The notes under the pieces are model-generated. The model saw only the letters and a program-made list of their open reading frames with translations. It made no database searches and was not told the origin of the DNA. Positions 1-8,318 of a stretch of DNA of 64,000 nt are shown piece by piece. The DNA comes from an uncultured Candidatus Binatia bacterium (GTDB taxonomy: Bacteria; Desulfobacterota; Binatia; UBA9968; JAJDTQ01). Positions within the stretch are counted from its first letter, which is position 1. Each line of letters begins with the position of its first letter. Made by a program: the position numbers and the translations under genes. The stretch is taken from NCBI GenBank assembly GCA_965242525.1, contig OZ251459.1, positions 160,001 through 224,000 on the forward strand, written 5' to 3'.

Positions 1-3000
1 GAAGACCTGATCGAAGACCATGCCATGCTCATGGCCGAGCAGATGCATGAGGCCGCGAAATGGGCCGGCTCGGAGGAGGACGTGCGCCATGCGTGCAACA
101 CGCTCATCGACGACTTCATCAAAAAAGCGGGGCTGACCGTCAAAGGTCGGCATGAATACGGCTTGGCTGGTGGGCGCATCGACTCGAAATACGGCGGCGT
201 GGTCATCGAATACAAGCATCCCAAGGGCGCTGGCCGGATCACCGAGAACAAGGACGCGCCAGGCGTCAGGGCTGTGGTCGAGCAGGTCAGGAAGCGGTTC
301 CGGGACTTGCAGGCGGAAGAGCACGTCGGCATGGAGCGAATCCTCGGCGTCGGGTGCGACGGCGATACGCTCGTGTTCGTGCGGAAACACGGGAGCACGC
401 TCGACGCCGAAGACCCGACGCCGGTCACGCCGCAGGCGGTCCAGCGCCTGCTACGCGCTATCGTCTCGCTGGGAGCGCGGGGGCTGTCGTTCACGCCCGA
501 GAATCTGACCGTCCACTTCGGCGCGGAGGGCCAGAGTGCGCAACAGGGCATCCGCCTCATACACGACCTGATCCGCACGACCGACAGTCCCAAGGCCCGG
601 ACGTTTTTCCGCCAGTGGCAGATCCTCTTCGGCGAGGTCTGCGGTTACGACATCCACGGCCGAAACGACAAAGTCCGCAAACTGGCCGACCATTACCAAG
701 CGCCCGACCCGCACCCGGCCGAACTCCTGTTCGCCGTCCACAGCTATTACGCCCTTTTCATGAAAATGCTGGCCGCGGAGATCGTCGCGTCCTTTTCGCC
801 ACTAGGCACTTCGACGCTGAAGAAACTCGTCTCTGCGCCCACGTCGGCCAAATTACGGGACGAACTCCGCAATCTCGAACAGGGCGGCATCTGGTCGCAA
901 CTCGGTATCCGCAACTTTCTCGAAGGCGACCTGTTCTCCTGGTATCTCGACTCCTGGAACGAGGGCTGCGCGGAAGCCGTCAGGGCCATGACAGCCTCCT
1001 TCGACAGATTCGACCCGACCACTCTCAGCGTCGATCCCGCGGAGTCCCGCGACCTGCTCAAGCAGCTCTACCAGCAACTTTTTCCCAAGTCGGTGCGCCA
1101 CGACCTGGGCGAATACTACACGCCCGACTGGCTGGCCGAACTGGTGCTCGACGAACTCGGCTACGACGGCAACCCGGACAAACGGCTGCTGGACCCGGCC
1201 TGCGGCTCGGGCACCTTCCTGGTCATGGCGCTGAACCGGGTCCAGACCTGGTACGACGCGCACCGCCACGAGTGCGGCTTCGGGGAAGACGAACTATTGC
1301 GCAAAATCCTGCGCAACGTCATCGGCTTCGACTTGAACCCGCTGGCCGTCATGGCCGCCCGGACCAACTATCTGCTGGCTGTTCGCGAACTGCTGCGCCA
1401 CGCGGATAACGTCGAGTTGCCCGTCTATCTTTGCGACTCCATCATGACGCCTTCGGAGTACGGCGACATGTTCACCGGGGGCGCCAGTAACGCACGCCAA
1501 CTCAAGACCAGCGCCGGCGATTTCAACATCCCCACGGAAGTTACCGAAAACCGTGAACATATAGGGCGCTACGCCGATACGCTCGAAGCCTGTATCCGCA
1601 ACGGCTATTCACCCGACGAGTTCCTCGAACGGTGCGCCGCGGAGGCCATCCCTGCAACGCAAGGCCAACTGCATCAAGACCTCTACCGCCATCTCCAACG
1701 ACTTGCCGCGGACAACGAGAACGGCATCTGGGCGCGCATCATCAAAAACGCCTTCGCGCCACTGTTCATCGGCGCCGTGGACTACGTGGCCGGCAATCCG
1801 CCGTGGGTAAATTGGGAGCACCTGCCGGAAGGCTACCGCGACGGCATGAAACCGCTCTGGGACAGGTACGAACTCTTTACGCTTTCCGGGTCCGCCGGCC
1901 GCTTGGGCGGCGGCAAGAAGGACATCTCGATGTTGTTCACGTATTCCGCTGTGGACAACTACCTGTCCGAAGGCGGACGGCTCGGATTCGTCATCACGCA
2001 AAGCGTGTTCAAGACCTCGGGGGCAGGTGACGGATTCAGGCGATTGCGCTACAGGCGGAACGACACCGAAACGACCTGGTTGAAACCGCTCATGGTCCAC
2101 GACCTGAGCGCAATGCAGGTCTTCGAAGGCGCGGTCAACCGCACCGCGGTTTTCGTCTGCGAAAAGACGCCGCAGCCTTTCCGGTATCCCGTGCCATACA
2201 CGATGTGGACCGGGGCCGGTCGCATGGCTCAAAGTGAGTCGCTGTCGGATGTCCTCGAGGGGAGCAGACGAGTGCAAATCGAGGCCATCCCGGTCGTTGG
2301 CGCGAAAAATTCTTCCCCGTGGCTCACGGTCCCGCAACGCGCCCTGTCCGGCATTCGGAAAGTGATCGGCGCCAGCGGCTACCGGGCGTATGCGGGCTGC
2401 TGTACGTGGTTGAACGGCGTGTACTGGATCAACGTCGTCAAAACCCTGCCCACCGGCGAACTGCTGATCGAAAACCTTTCGGAAGTGGGGAAAGTCAAGA
2501 TCAAGCACGTACAAGCTGTGGTCGAACCGGACCTGGTCTATCCGTTGCTGCGTGGAAGAGACGTTCGACGCTGGCAGGCTGAACCTTCATCGCACATTAT
2601 TTTGGCCCAGGACCCGAAAATGCGAAAAGGCATCCCCGAAGCCGAAATGAAGCGCCGCTGGCCGAAGACATATGCCTACCTCAAGCAGTTCGAGGGCAGT
2701 TCCGAAGGACCTGAACGCGGGACGTTACGAGGGCGTTCCGGTTACCGGCGGTATTTCAACCCTGACGACGATCCATTCTACTCCATGTACAACGTTGGGC
2801 CTTATACGATGGCGAAATGGAAAGTTGTGTGGAGAGAACAGAGTTCCCTATTCCAGGCTGCCCTTGCCGGATCGAGTGCACGACGGGCCACGTTGCCCGA
2901 CCACAAGCTCATGCTGGTATCCTGCAAAAGCCAACAGGAAGCGAATTTTCTCATTGGAATGCTGAATTCCGCTCCAAGCCTCTTGGCAATTTACTCTTAC

Positions 3001-3246
3001 GTCATTTCAACTTCGACCTCGACACATGTTCTCGGCAATGTGTCCGTCCCCCAGTTCGACAAGGCCGACGCCGCTCACACTCGGCTGGCTGAACTCTCAC
3101 GCCAATGCCACGTTGCGGCAAGAAAAACCGGCGCGCAGGAGTTGAAGGAATTGGAGTCTGCAATCGATGAGGCGGGAGCCGGAATCTGGGGCATTACGAC
3201 GCCCGAACTGAAGGCGATTCAGGAGGCCTTGGCCGATGCGAAATGA
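1..3246 (+). CDS. Single-chain restriction-modification enzyme (type IIG/Eco57I-like: nuclease + N6-adenine methyltransferase + specificity domain); probably 5'-truncated by the window edge
   Basis: N-terminal PD-(D/E)xK-like motif (RIDSKYGGVVIEYK), GEYYTP, motif I LDPACGSGTF, motif IV GNPPW. The frame is open from base 1 (EDLIEDHAML), so the true start may lie upstream of the ATG at 25. Confidence 0.88.
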   Translation, partial: EDLIEDHAMLMAEQMHEAAKWAGSEEDVRHACNTLIDDFIKKAGLTVKGRHEYGLAGGRIDSKYGGVVIEYKHPKGAGRITENKDAPGVRAVVEQVRKRFRDLQAEEHVGMERILGVGCDGDTLVFVRKHGSTLDAEDPTPVTPQAVQRLLRAIVSLGARGLSFTPENLTVHFGAEGQSAQQGIRLIHDLIRTTDSPKARTFFRQWQILFGEVCGYDIHGRNDKVRKLADHYQAPDPHPAELLFAVHSYYALFMKMLAAEIVASFSPLGTSTLKKLVSAPTSAKLRDELRNLEQGGIWSQLGIRNFLEGDLFSWYLDSWNEGCAEAVRAMTASFDRFDPTTLSVDPAESRDLLKQLYQQLFPKSVRHDLGEYYTPDWLAELVLDELGYDGNPDKRLLDPACGSGTFLVMALNRVQTWYDAHRHECGFGEDELLRKILRNVIGFDLNPLAVMAARTNYLLAVRELLRHADNVELPVYLCDSIMTPSEYGDMFTGGASNARQLKTSAGDFNIPTEVTENREHIGRYADTLEACIRNGYSPDEFLERCAAEAIPATQGQLHQDLYRHLQRLAADNENGIWARIIKNAFAPLFIGAVDYVAGNPPWVNWEHLPEGYRDGMKPLWDRYELFTLSGSAGRLGGGKKDISMLFTYSAVDNYLSEGGRLGFVITQSVFKTSGAGDGFRRLRYRRNDTETTWLKPLMVHDLSAMQVFEGAVNRTAVFVCEKTPQPFRYPVPYTMWTGAGRMAQSESLSDVLEGSRRVQIEAIPVVGAKNSSPWLTVPQRALSGIRKVIGASGYRAYAGCCTWLNGVYWINVVKTLPTGELLIENLSEVGKVKIKHVQAVVEPDLVYPLLRGRDVRRWQAEPSSHIILAQDPKMRKGIPEAEMKRRWPKTYAYLKQFEGSSEGPERGTLRGRSGYRRYFNPDDDPFYSMYNVGPYTMAKWKVVWREQSSLFQAALAGSSARRATLPDHKLMLVSCKSQQEANFLIGMLNSAPSLLAIYSYVISTSTSTHVLGNVSVPQFDKADAAHTRLAELSRQCHVAARKTGAQELKELESAIDEAGAGIWGITTPELKAIQEALADAK

Positions 3247-3300
3247 CGGCTATGGAAGTCGGTCGGATCTCCGAGGACATGGGGCAGGGGGGCGAGGATC

Positions 3301-5052
3301 ATGGCGCAGGCTCCAGTGAACGAGACGAGGTCCACCACCGCCGAAGACACCCTGGCGGCCAAGAGCCGGGACCGGAGCGTGGTCTCCGGCGGCCATCTGG
3401 TGGCGTCGGCGCTCAGGAACGAGGGCGTCGATACCATATTCACGCTGTGCGGCGGCCATATCATCGACATCTACGACGGCTGCATCGACCACGGCATCCG
3501 GGTGGTGGACGTGCGCCACGAGCAGGTGGCGGCCCATGCTGCGGACGGCTACGCCCGGCAGACGGGCCGGCTGGGCTGCGTGGTGACCACCGCGGGGCCC
3601 GGCTTCACCAACGCGTTGACCGGCATCGCCACCGCGTTCCGTTCCGAGAGCCCGGTGCTCCACATCGGCGGGCAGGGCGCCCTCACCCAGCACAAGATGG
3701 GTTCGCTGCAGGACCTGCCGCACGTGGACATCGCCGCGCCCATCACCAAGTTCTCGGCCGGAGTGCGCTCCACCGAGCGCATTGCCGACATGGTGACCAT
3801 GGCCGCGCGCGAATGCTTTGCGGGGGCTCCGGGTCCCAGCTACCTGGAGATCCCCCGGGACGTGCTCGACCGGGAGGCGCCGGTGGAGAAGGTCGTGGCG
3901 CCGCAACCCGGAGGTTACCGGGCGTCCACCAAGTCCATCGGGGACCCCGCGGACGTGGAACGGCTGGCGGAGCTCCTGGTCCGATCCGAGCGTCCCGCGG
4001 TCCTGCTCGGCAGCCAGGTGTGGACCTGCCGGGGACACGAGGCGGCCGCGGCCCTGTTCAAGTCCCTCAACGCGCCCTGCTACATGAACGGGGCGGCCCG
4101 GGGCATCCTGCCGCCCGGCGACCCACACTACTTCAACCGCACCCGGGCCGACGCCTTCCACGAGGCCGACGTCATCGTGGTGGTGGGCACGCCGTTCGAC
4201 TTCCGCATGGGCTACGGCCGGCGGCTGCGCGCCGAAGCGGCCGTGGTCCACATCGACATGGACTACCGCACGGTGGCCAGGAACCGCGACGTCTCCCTGG
4301 GGCTGGTGGGCGACCCCGGCGCCGTGCTGAAGGCGGTGCACGACGCAGTGGAGGAACGCAAGGACAACGGCGCCGGCGCCCGGACCGGGTGGCTCGAGCG
4401 TCTCCGGGACCTGGAGGAGGAGAGGCTGCGGAAGCTCATGCCGCTGTTCCGCTCCGACGCCAACCCCATCCATCCCTACCGGGTGGCCTGGGAGCTCAAC
4501 CGGTTCCTCACCGAGGACACCATCTACATCGGCGACGGCGGCGACGTGGTGACCATCAGCGCCCAGGCGGTGGAGCCTCGTGCCCCCGGCAACTGGATGG
4601 ACCCGGGGGCGCTGGGGTCGTTGGGGGTGGGCACCGGGTTCGCGCTGGCCTCGAAGCTGGCGCACCCGGAAAAGGAAGTGCTGTGCTACTATGGGGACGG
4701 CTCCTTCGGCATGACCGCCTTCGACATGGAGACCGCCAACCGGTTCGGCGCCCCCTACATCGCGGTCATCGGCAACAACTCCGCCATGAACCAGATCCGC
4801 TACGGCCAGCTCTCCAAGTACGGCGAGGAACGCGGCAACGTGGGGAACCTCCTGGGGGACGTGCCCTTCTCGAAGTTCGCCGAGATGCTGGGCGGGTACG
4901 GCGAGGAGGTCACCGACTGCAACGAGGTCGCGCCGGCGCTGGGCCGTGCGCGGCAGGCGGTGCGGACTTCCGGCAAGTCCGCGGTGGTCAACGTCTGGGT
5001 GGACGCGGGGGAATGGGCCCCCGGCACCAAACGGCAGACCATGTACCGGTGA
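3301..5052 (+). CDS. oxc: ThDP-dependent enzyme, oxalyl-CoA decarboxylase/2-hydroxyacyl-CoA lyase-like
   Basis: VRHEQ..AHAADGYAR, ThDP motif GDGSFG...NNS; directly upstream of formyl-CoA transferase. The fold call is firm; the oxc assignment rests on context. Confidence 0.75.
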   Translation: MAQAPVNETRSTTAEDTLAAKSRDRSVVSGGHLVASALRNEGVDTIFTLCGGHIIDIYDGCIDHGIRVVDVRHEQVAAHAADGYARQTGRLGCVVTTAGPGFTNALTGIATAFRSESPVLHIGGQGALTQHKMGSLQDLPHVDIAAPITKFSAGVRSTERIADMVTMAARECFAGAPGPSYLEIPRDVLDREAPVEKVVAPQPGGYRASTKSIGDPADVERLAELLVRSERPAVLLGSQVWTCRGHEAAAALFKSLNAPCYMNGAARGILPPGDPHYFNRTRADAFHEADVIVVVGTPFDFRMGYGRRLRAEAAVVHIDMDYRTVARNRDVSLGLVGDPGAVLKAVHDAVEERKDNGAGARTGWLERLRDLEEERLRKLMPLFRSDANPIHPYRVAWELNRFLTEDTIYIGDGGDVVTISAQAVEPRAPGNWMDPGALGSLGVGTGFALASKLAHPEKEVLCYYGDGSFGMTAFDMETANRFGAPYIAVIGNNSAMNQIRYGQLSKYGEERGNVGNLLGDVPFSKFAEMLGGYGEEVTDCNEVAPALGRARQAVRTSGKSAVVNVWVDAGEWAPGTKRQTMYR

Positions 5053-5072
5053 CCCGCGGACCAGGGAACGTC

Positions 5073-6353
5073 ATGGACAAGGCACTCTCCGGCATTCGCA
5101 TCCTGGACATGACCCACGTGCAGGCAGGCCCCACCTCCAGCCAGCTCATGGCCTTCCTGGGAGCGGACGTCATCAAGCTCGAATCCCCCGCGGGGGACGC
5201 CACGCGCCGGCAACTCCGGGACATGCCGGACGCGGACAGCCTCTACTTCACCATGCTGAACTGCAACAAGCGGTCCATCACTGTGAACCTGAAGAACGCC
5301 CGAGGCAAGGAGGTCTTCACCCGGCTGGTGCAGGCGTGCGACGTGCTGCTGGAGAACTTCGGCCCCGGCGTGCTGGAGCGGCTCGGTTTCGGCTGGGAGA
5401 AGGTGCACGAACTGAACCCCCGGCTGGTCATGGGCTCCATCAAGGGCTTCGGCAGCGAGGGGCCCTACGCCTCGTTCAAGGCCTACGAGAACGTGGCCCA
5501 GGCCATGGGCGGGGCCATGAGCACCACCGGGCTGTTCGACGGCCCTCCGGTGGCCACCGGCGCGCAGATCGGCGACTCGGGCACCGGCGTGCACCTGCTG
5601 GCGGGCATATTGGCGGCGCTGCTCCAGCGGGAGCGCACGGGACGCGGCCAGTACGTGGAATGCGCCATGATGGACTGCGTCATGAACCTCTGCCGCGTCA
5701 AGTGGCGGGACCACCAGCGCCTCGACCGCGGCCCGCTGGCAGAGTACTCGGTGCAGGAGTTCGAGGACTTCACGCCCCGGGCGGGCAACGACTCCGGCGG
5801 CGGGCAGCTCGGCAACGCGGTGCCGTGCAAGCCCGGCGGCGCCAACGACTACCTCTACGTGGTGGTCCAGGAGCACGTGTGGAACGCCCTGGCCGCCCGC
5901 ATCGGCGGCGGTTCGCTGGCCGCGGACCCGCGCTTCGCCGACATCGACGCCCGGCGCGCCAACCAGGCGGAGATGTGGCGCCTGCTGGCGGACTTCGCCC
6001 GGGACTACACCAAGTGGGAGCTCATGGAGATCCTCAACGAGCTCGACGTTCCCTGCGGCCCGGTCATGAGCACCGCGGACCTGGCCGACGACGAGCACGT
6101 CCAACTCCGGGAGATGATGGTGGAAGTGGATCATCCCGAACGCGGCCCGTGGCGCAACGTGGGCTGCCCCATCAAGCTCTCGGACTCCCCCGTGGAGGTC
6201 CGCCCCTCCCCCCTGCTGGGCGAGCACACCGACGAGGTCCTGCGCGAGGTCCTGGGCTACGGCGCTGAAGAGGTCGCCCGGCTCCGGCAGGAGGGGGCGT
6301 TCACGCGGGAGCCGCCGGCTCAGTCCGGCAACGTGAAGAAAGGTAAGTCTTGA
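5073..6353 (+). CDS. frc: Formyl-CoA transferase (CoA-transferase family III)
   Basis: MDKALSGIRILDMTHVQAGP, DSLYFTMLNCNKRS, catalytic-Asp motif QIGDSGTG, PRAGNDSGGGQ. True start is the ATG at 5073 inside the 3243..6353 ORF. Confidence 0.92.
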   Translation: MDKALSGIRILDMTHVQAGPTSSQLMAFLGADVIKLESPAGDATRRQLRDMPDADSLYFTMLNCNKRSITVNLKNARGKEVFTRLVQACDVLLENFGPGVLERLGFGWEKVHELNPRLVMGSIKGFGSEGPYASFKAYENVAQAMGGAMSTTGLFDGPPVATGAQIGDSGTGVHLLAGILAALLQRERTGRGQYVECAMMDCVMNLCRVKWRDHQRLDRGPLAEYSVQEFEDFTPRAGNDSGGGQLGNAVPCKPGGANDYLYVVVQEHVWNALAARIGGGSLAADPRFADIDARRANQAEMWRLLADFARDYTKWELMEILNELDVPCGPVMSTADLADDEHVQLREMMVEVDHPERGPWRNVGCPIKLSDSPVEVRPSPLLGEHTDEVLREVLGYGAEEVARLRQEGAFTREPPAQSGNVKKGKS

Positions 6354-7114
6354 TGGCCAAGTGCAGACTGGCCGATTGGCAGGCGGAGAGTCTGCGGCTC
6401 TCCGCTTTCTTGGCCGAAGCGATGGACCCGACGAAGATGCGCTTCTGGGAGTCCCTGGTCGGGAGCCCGCCGGAAGAGCTGCGCAACCGGCCGCAACAGC
6501 AGTTGTTCACCGAGGAAGGTCCCTTCCTCGATGGGCGGCTTCGTGTCCAGGCGAGCAACAATCGAATAGACTGGATGTTGTTCCCGGCCCTCGACAATCC
6601 TCGTTCCGAACTGCCTGTAGTCGGGCCGTATGACGTTCTGGATCAGGGTTTCCGGGAATTGATGCGAAGATGGATCGTTGATTGTCCGCCTGTCAACAGG
6701 CTTGGATATGGCGGCGTGTTGCTGCTGCCGGTCGGAAGTTTGCCGGATGCACACGGAAGACTCGACGGGTTGCTCCCGGCGGTTGAGATCGACCCCGGGA
6801 ATACGCGGGATTTCATGTATCGAATCAACAGGAGACGTGTTTCACGCTGTTCCATTGAGGGACTGGAAGTCAATCGCCTGTCAACGTGGTCTGTGGTTCA
6901 GGTCATCGAAACCCTCGTCGAGTTGTCCGCAGACGGCCAGCAAACGCCGAAAGTGACCCACCAGCCGGGATCGAGGAGCATTTGCAGACTGGAGATCGAC
7001 ATCAACACCGCCCCGGAATTCAGCCGGGTACTCGACAGGGATGCCGTACCCGAAGTCTTCGAGGAGCTTGTCGATATCGGCAATGAAATCGCTATGGAAG
7101 GAGACGTTCGATGA
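6353..7114 (+). CDS. Hypothetical protein, TIGR04255-like (first gene of a three-gene cassette)
   Basis: ATG overlaps the frc stop (TGATG); lower-GC codon usage than the flanks; RIDW, VNRLGYG and LEIDINT motifs recall TIGR04255-type proteins (recognised from memory, not searched). Confidence 0.7.
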   Translation: MAKCRLADWQAESLRLSAFLAEAMDPTKMRFWESLVGSPPEELRNRPQQQLFTEEGPFLDGRLRVQASNNRIDWMLFPALDNPRSELPVVGPYDVLDQGFRELMRRWIVDCPPVNRLGYGGVLLLPVGSLPDAHGRLDGLLPAVEIDPGNTRDFMYRINRRRVSRCSIEGLEVNRLSTWSVVQVIETLVELSADGQQTPKVTHQPGSRSICRLEIDINTAPEFSRVLDRDAVPEVFEELVDIGNEIAMEGDVR

Positions 7115-7797
7115 ATGGCGAAGTCGTTTCGACGGAAACCGCCTCTGCACTGCGGAATACGTTCGGTGAACTTGCCACAGGCATGGAATCAGCGTCTCTG
7201 GTGTGGCTTGTGCCAGGTGACGCCACCGAAGACTTGCGGCGGTGGAGTAGTAGGGCGTTTCGAGATCCAACCGGGAACATCATACGGCTTGCCAATGCCC
7301 GGCCGTTGGAGGAGATTGCGGGTGTTGTGGACGGTTGCGCCACCGTCAACAAGAGCACGCCGGTTGCTTCCATCCCTCGCCAAGTGGGAGAGCAATTGAA
7401 CCGCTTGTGTCTGGCCGCTCATGACGAGCAGTTCGAAGCCGGCGTCGAGAGCCGGTTTTCCAGAGGTCTCCAACAACTATTCGCATATGATCCAGCATCG
7501 GTGTTGCAAGCTCTGAGGGTGCGATTGACGAATAACGACGCAAGCTCGGAGGTGTTGGCCGAAATATTGCAGTGGACTTCGCGTCAGGAGGCGGACGCCA
7601 TACGCGCCCTTGTCGTCGATCTGCTGTCAACGGGACTCCATCACACGGCGTCGTTGGTGCGGGACGCGGCAGCGTCAGGGCTGGCCTATCTGGATGAAGG
7701 CGCAGCCATTTCCCACCTCCGGCAAGCCCTCGCAAGAGAGAAGGTGCCCGAGCTTCGGCAGGATTTGGAGGATCTCATCTGCTCGTTGGAGTCCTGA
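7111..7797 (+). CDS. Hypothetical protein with C-terminal HEAT-like repeat (second gene of cassette)
   Basis: ATGA overlap with upstream gene, RBS GGAAGGAG; HEAT-like LVRDAAASGLAYL...AISHLRQALARE..PELR. Confidence 0.7.
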   Translation: MNGEVVSTETASALRNTFGELATGMESASLVWLVPGDATEDLRRWSSRAFRDPTGNIIRLANARPLEEIAGVVDGCATVNKSTPVASIPRQVGEQLNRLCLAAHDEQFEAGVESRFSRGLQQLFAYDPASVLQALRVRLTNNDASSEVLAEILQWTSRQEADAIRALVVDLLSTGLHHTASLVRDAAASGLAYLDEGAAISHLRQALAREKVPELRQDLEDLICSLES

Positions 7798-7802
7798 AGC
7801 TC

Positions 7803-8303
7803 GTGTCGGCGCTCTTCCGAAAGCTGAGCCAGAAACGGCATTGGGATGCCGAGTCCTGGCTTGAGCCGGGAGACCTCCAGGCGGATGCGACCAAATGTCT
7901 GGCGACGAGTGAGAACAAGCTGTCCGTCTTCGTGTTGGAGGAACCTGACGAACAGGTGGAAAGAGTCGTCGCCGCGTTGGCCGTTACTCGAGACAGCTTG
8001 GCGCATCTTGATATGGCCCTTGCCCCTGAAGAGATCCTTGCGCGATGTGGGATTCGACGGGACGGAGTTCCAGGACAGACGGCTGATTTCAAGGTCAACG
8101 AATGGCATCAGGATCTCGTTGAGTTGACGGTTATGAAAATCGCGCGATTCGCTGCCGCCATAAGAAGCGGCGGAGAGATCAGGCGCTATAATTGGAAGAA
8201 AGTGGGAGCGGCAATCCGGCAGTCCTTGAACGCCGGCTACATCGGCCCTGAACACATCAATGGGAAACTGTTCCAGTCGCTGAGAAGGCGAGGGATCCTC
8301 TAG
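7803..8303 (+). CDS. Hypothetical protein, possible ADP-ribosyltransferase-like toxin (third gene of cassette)
   Basis: GTG start 5 nt after the previous stop; N-terminal strand Arg (LFRK), Ser motif (NKLSVF), later His (WHQDL). Function is inferred. Confidence 0.6.
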   Translation: MSALFRKLSQKRHWDAESWLEPGDLQADATKCLATSENKLSVFVLEEPDEQVERVVAALAVTRDSLAHLDMALAPEEILARCGIRRDGVPGQTADFKVNEWHQDLVELTVMKIARFAAAIRSGGEIRRYNWKKVGAAIRQSLNAGYIGPEHINGKLFQSLRRRGIL

Positions 8304-8318
8304 GGGAGGTCACATAAG

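Noticed and set aside
3243-5072. Apparent 1036-aa fusion ORF ending in formyl-CoA transferase
   Set aside because: The first 610 codons are an Arg/Gly/Pro-rich alternative frame over the ThDP enzyme gene; frc starts at 5073.
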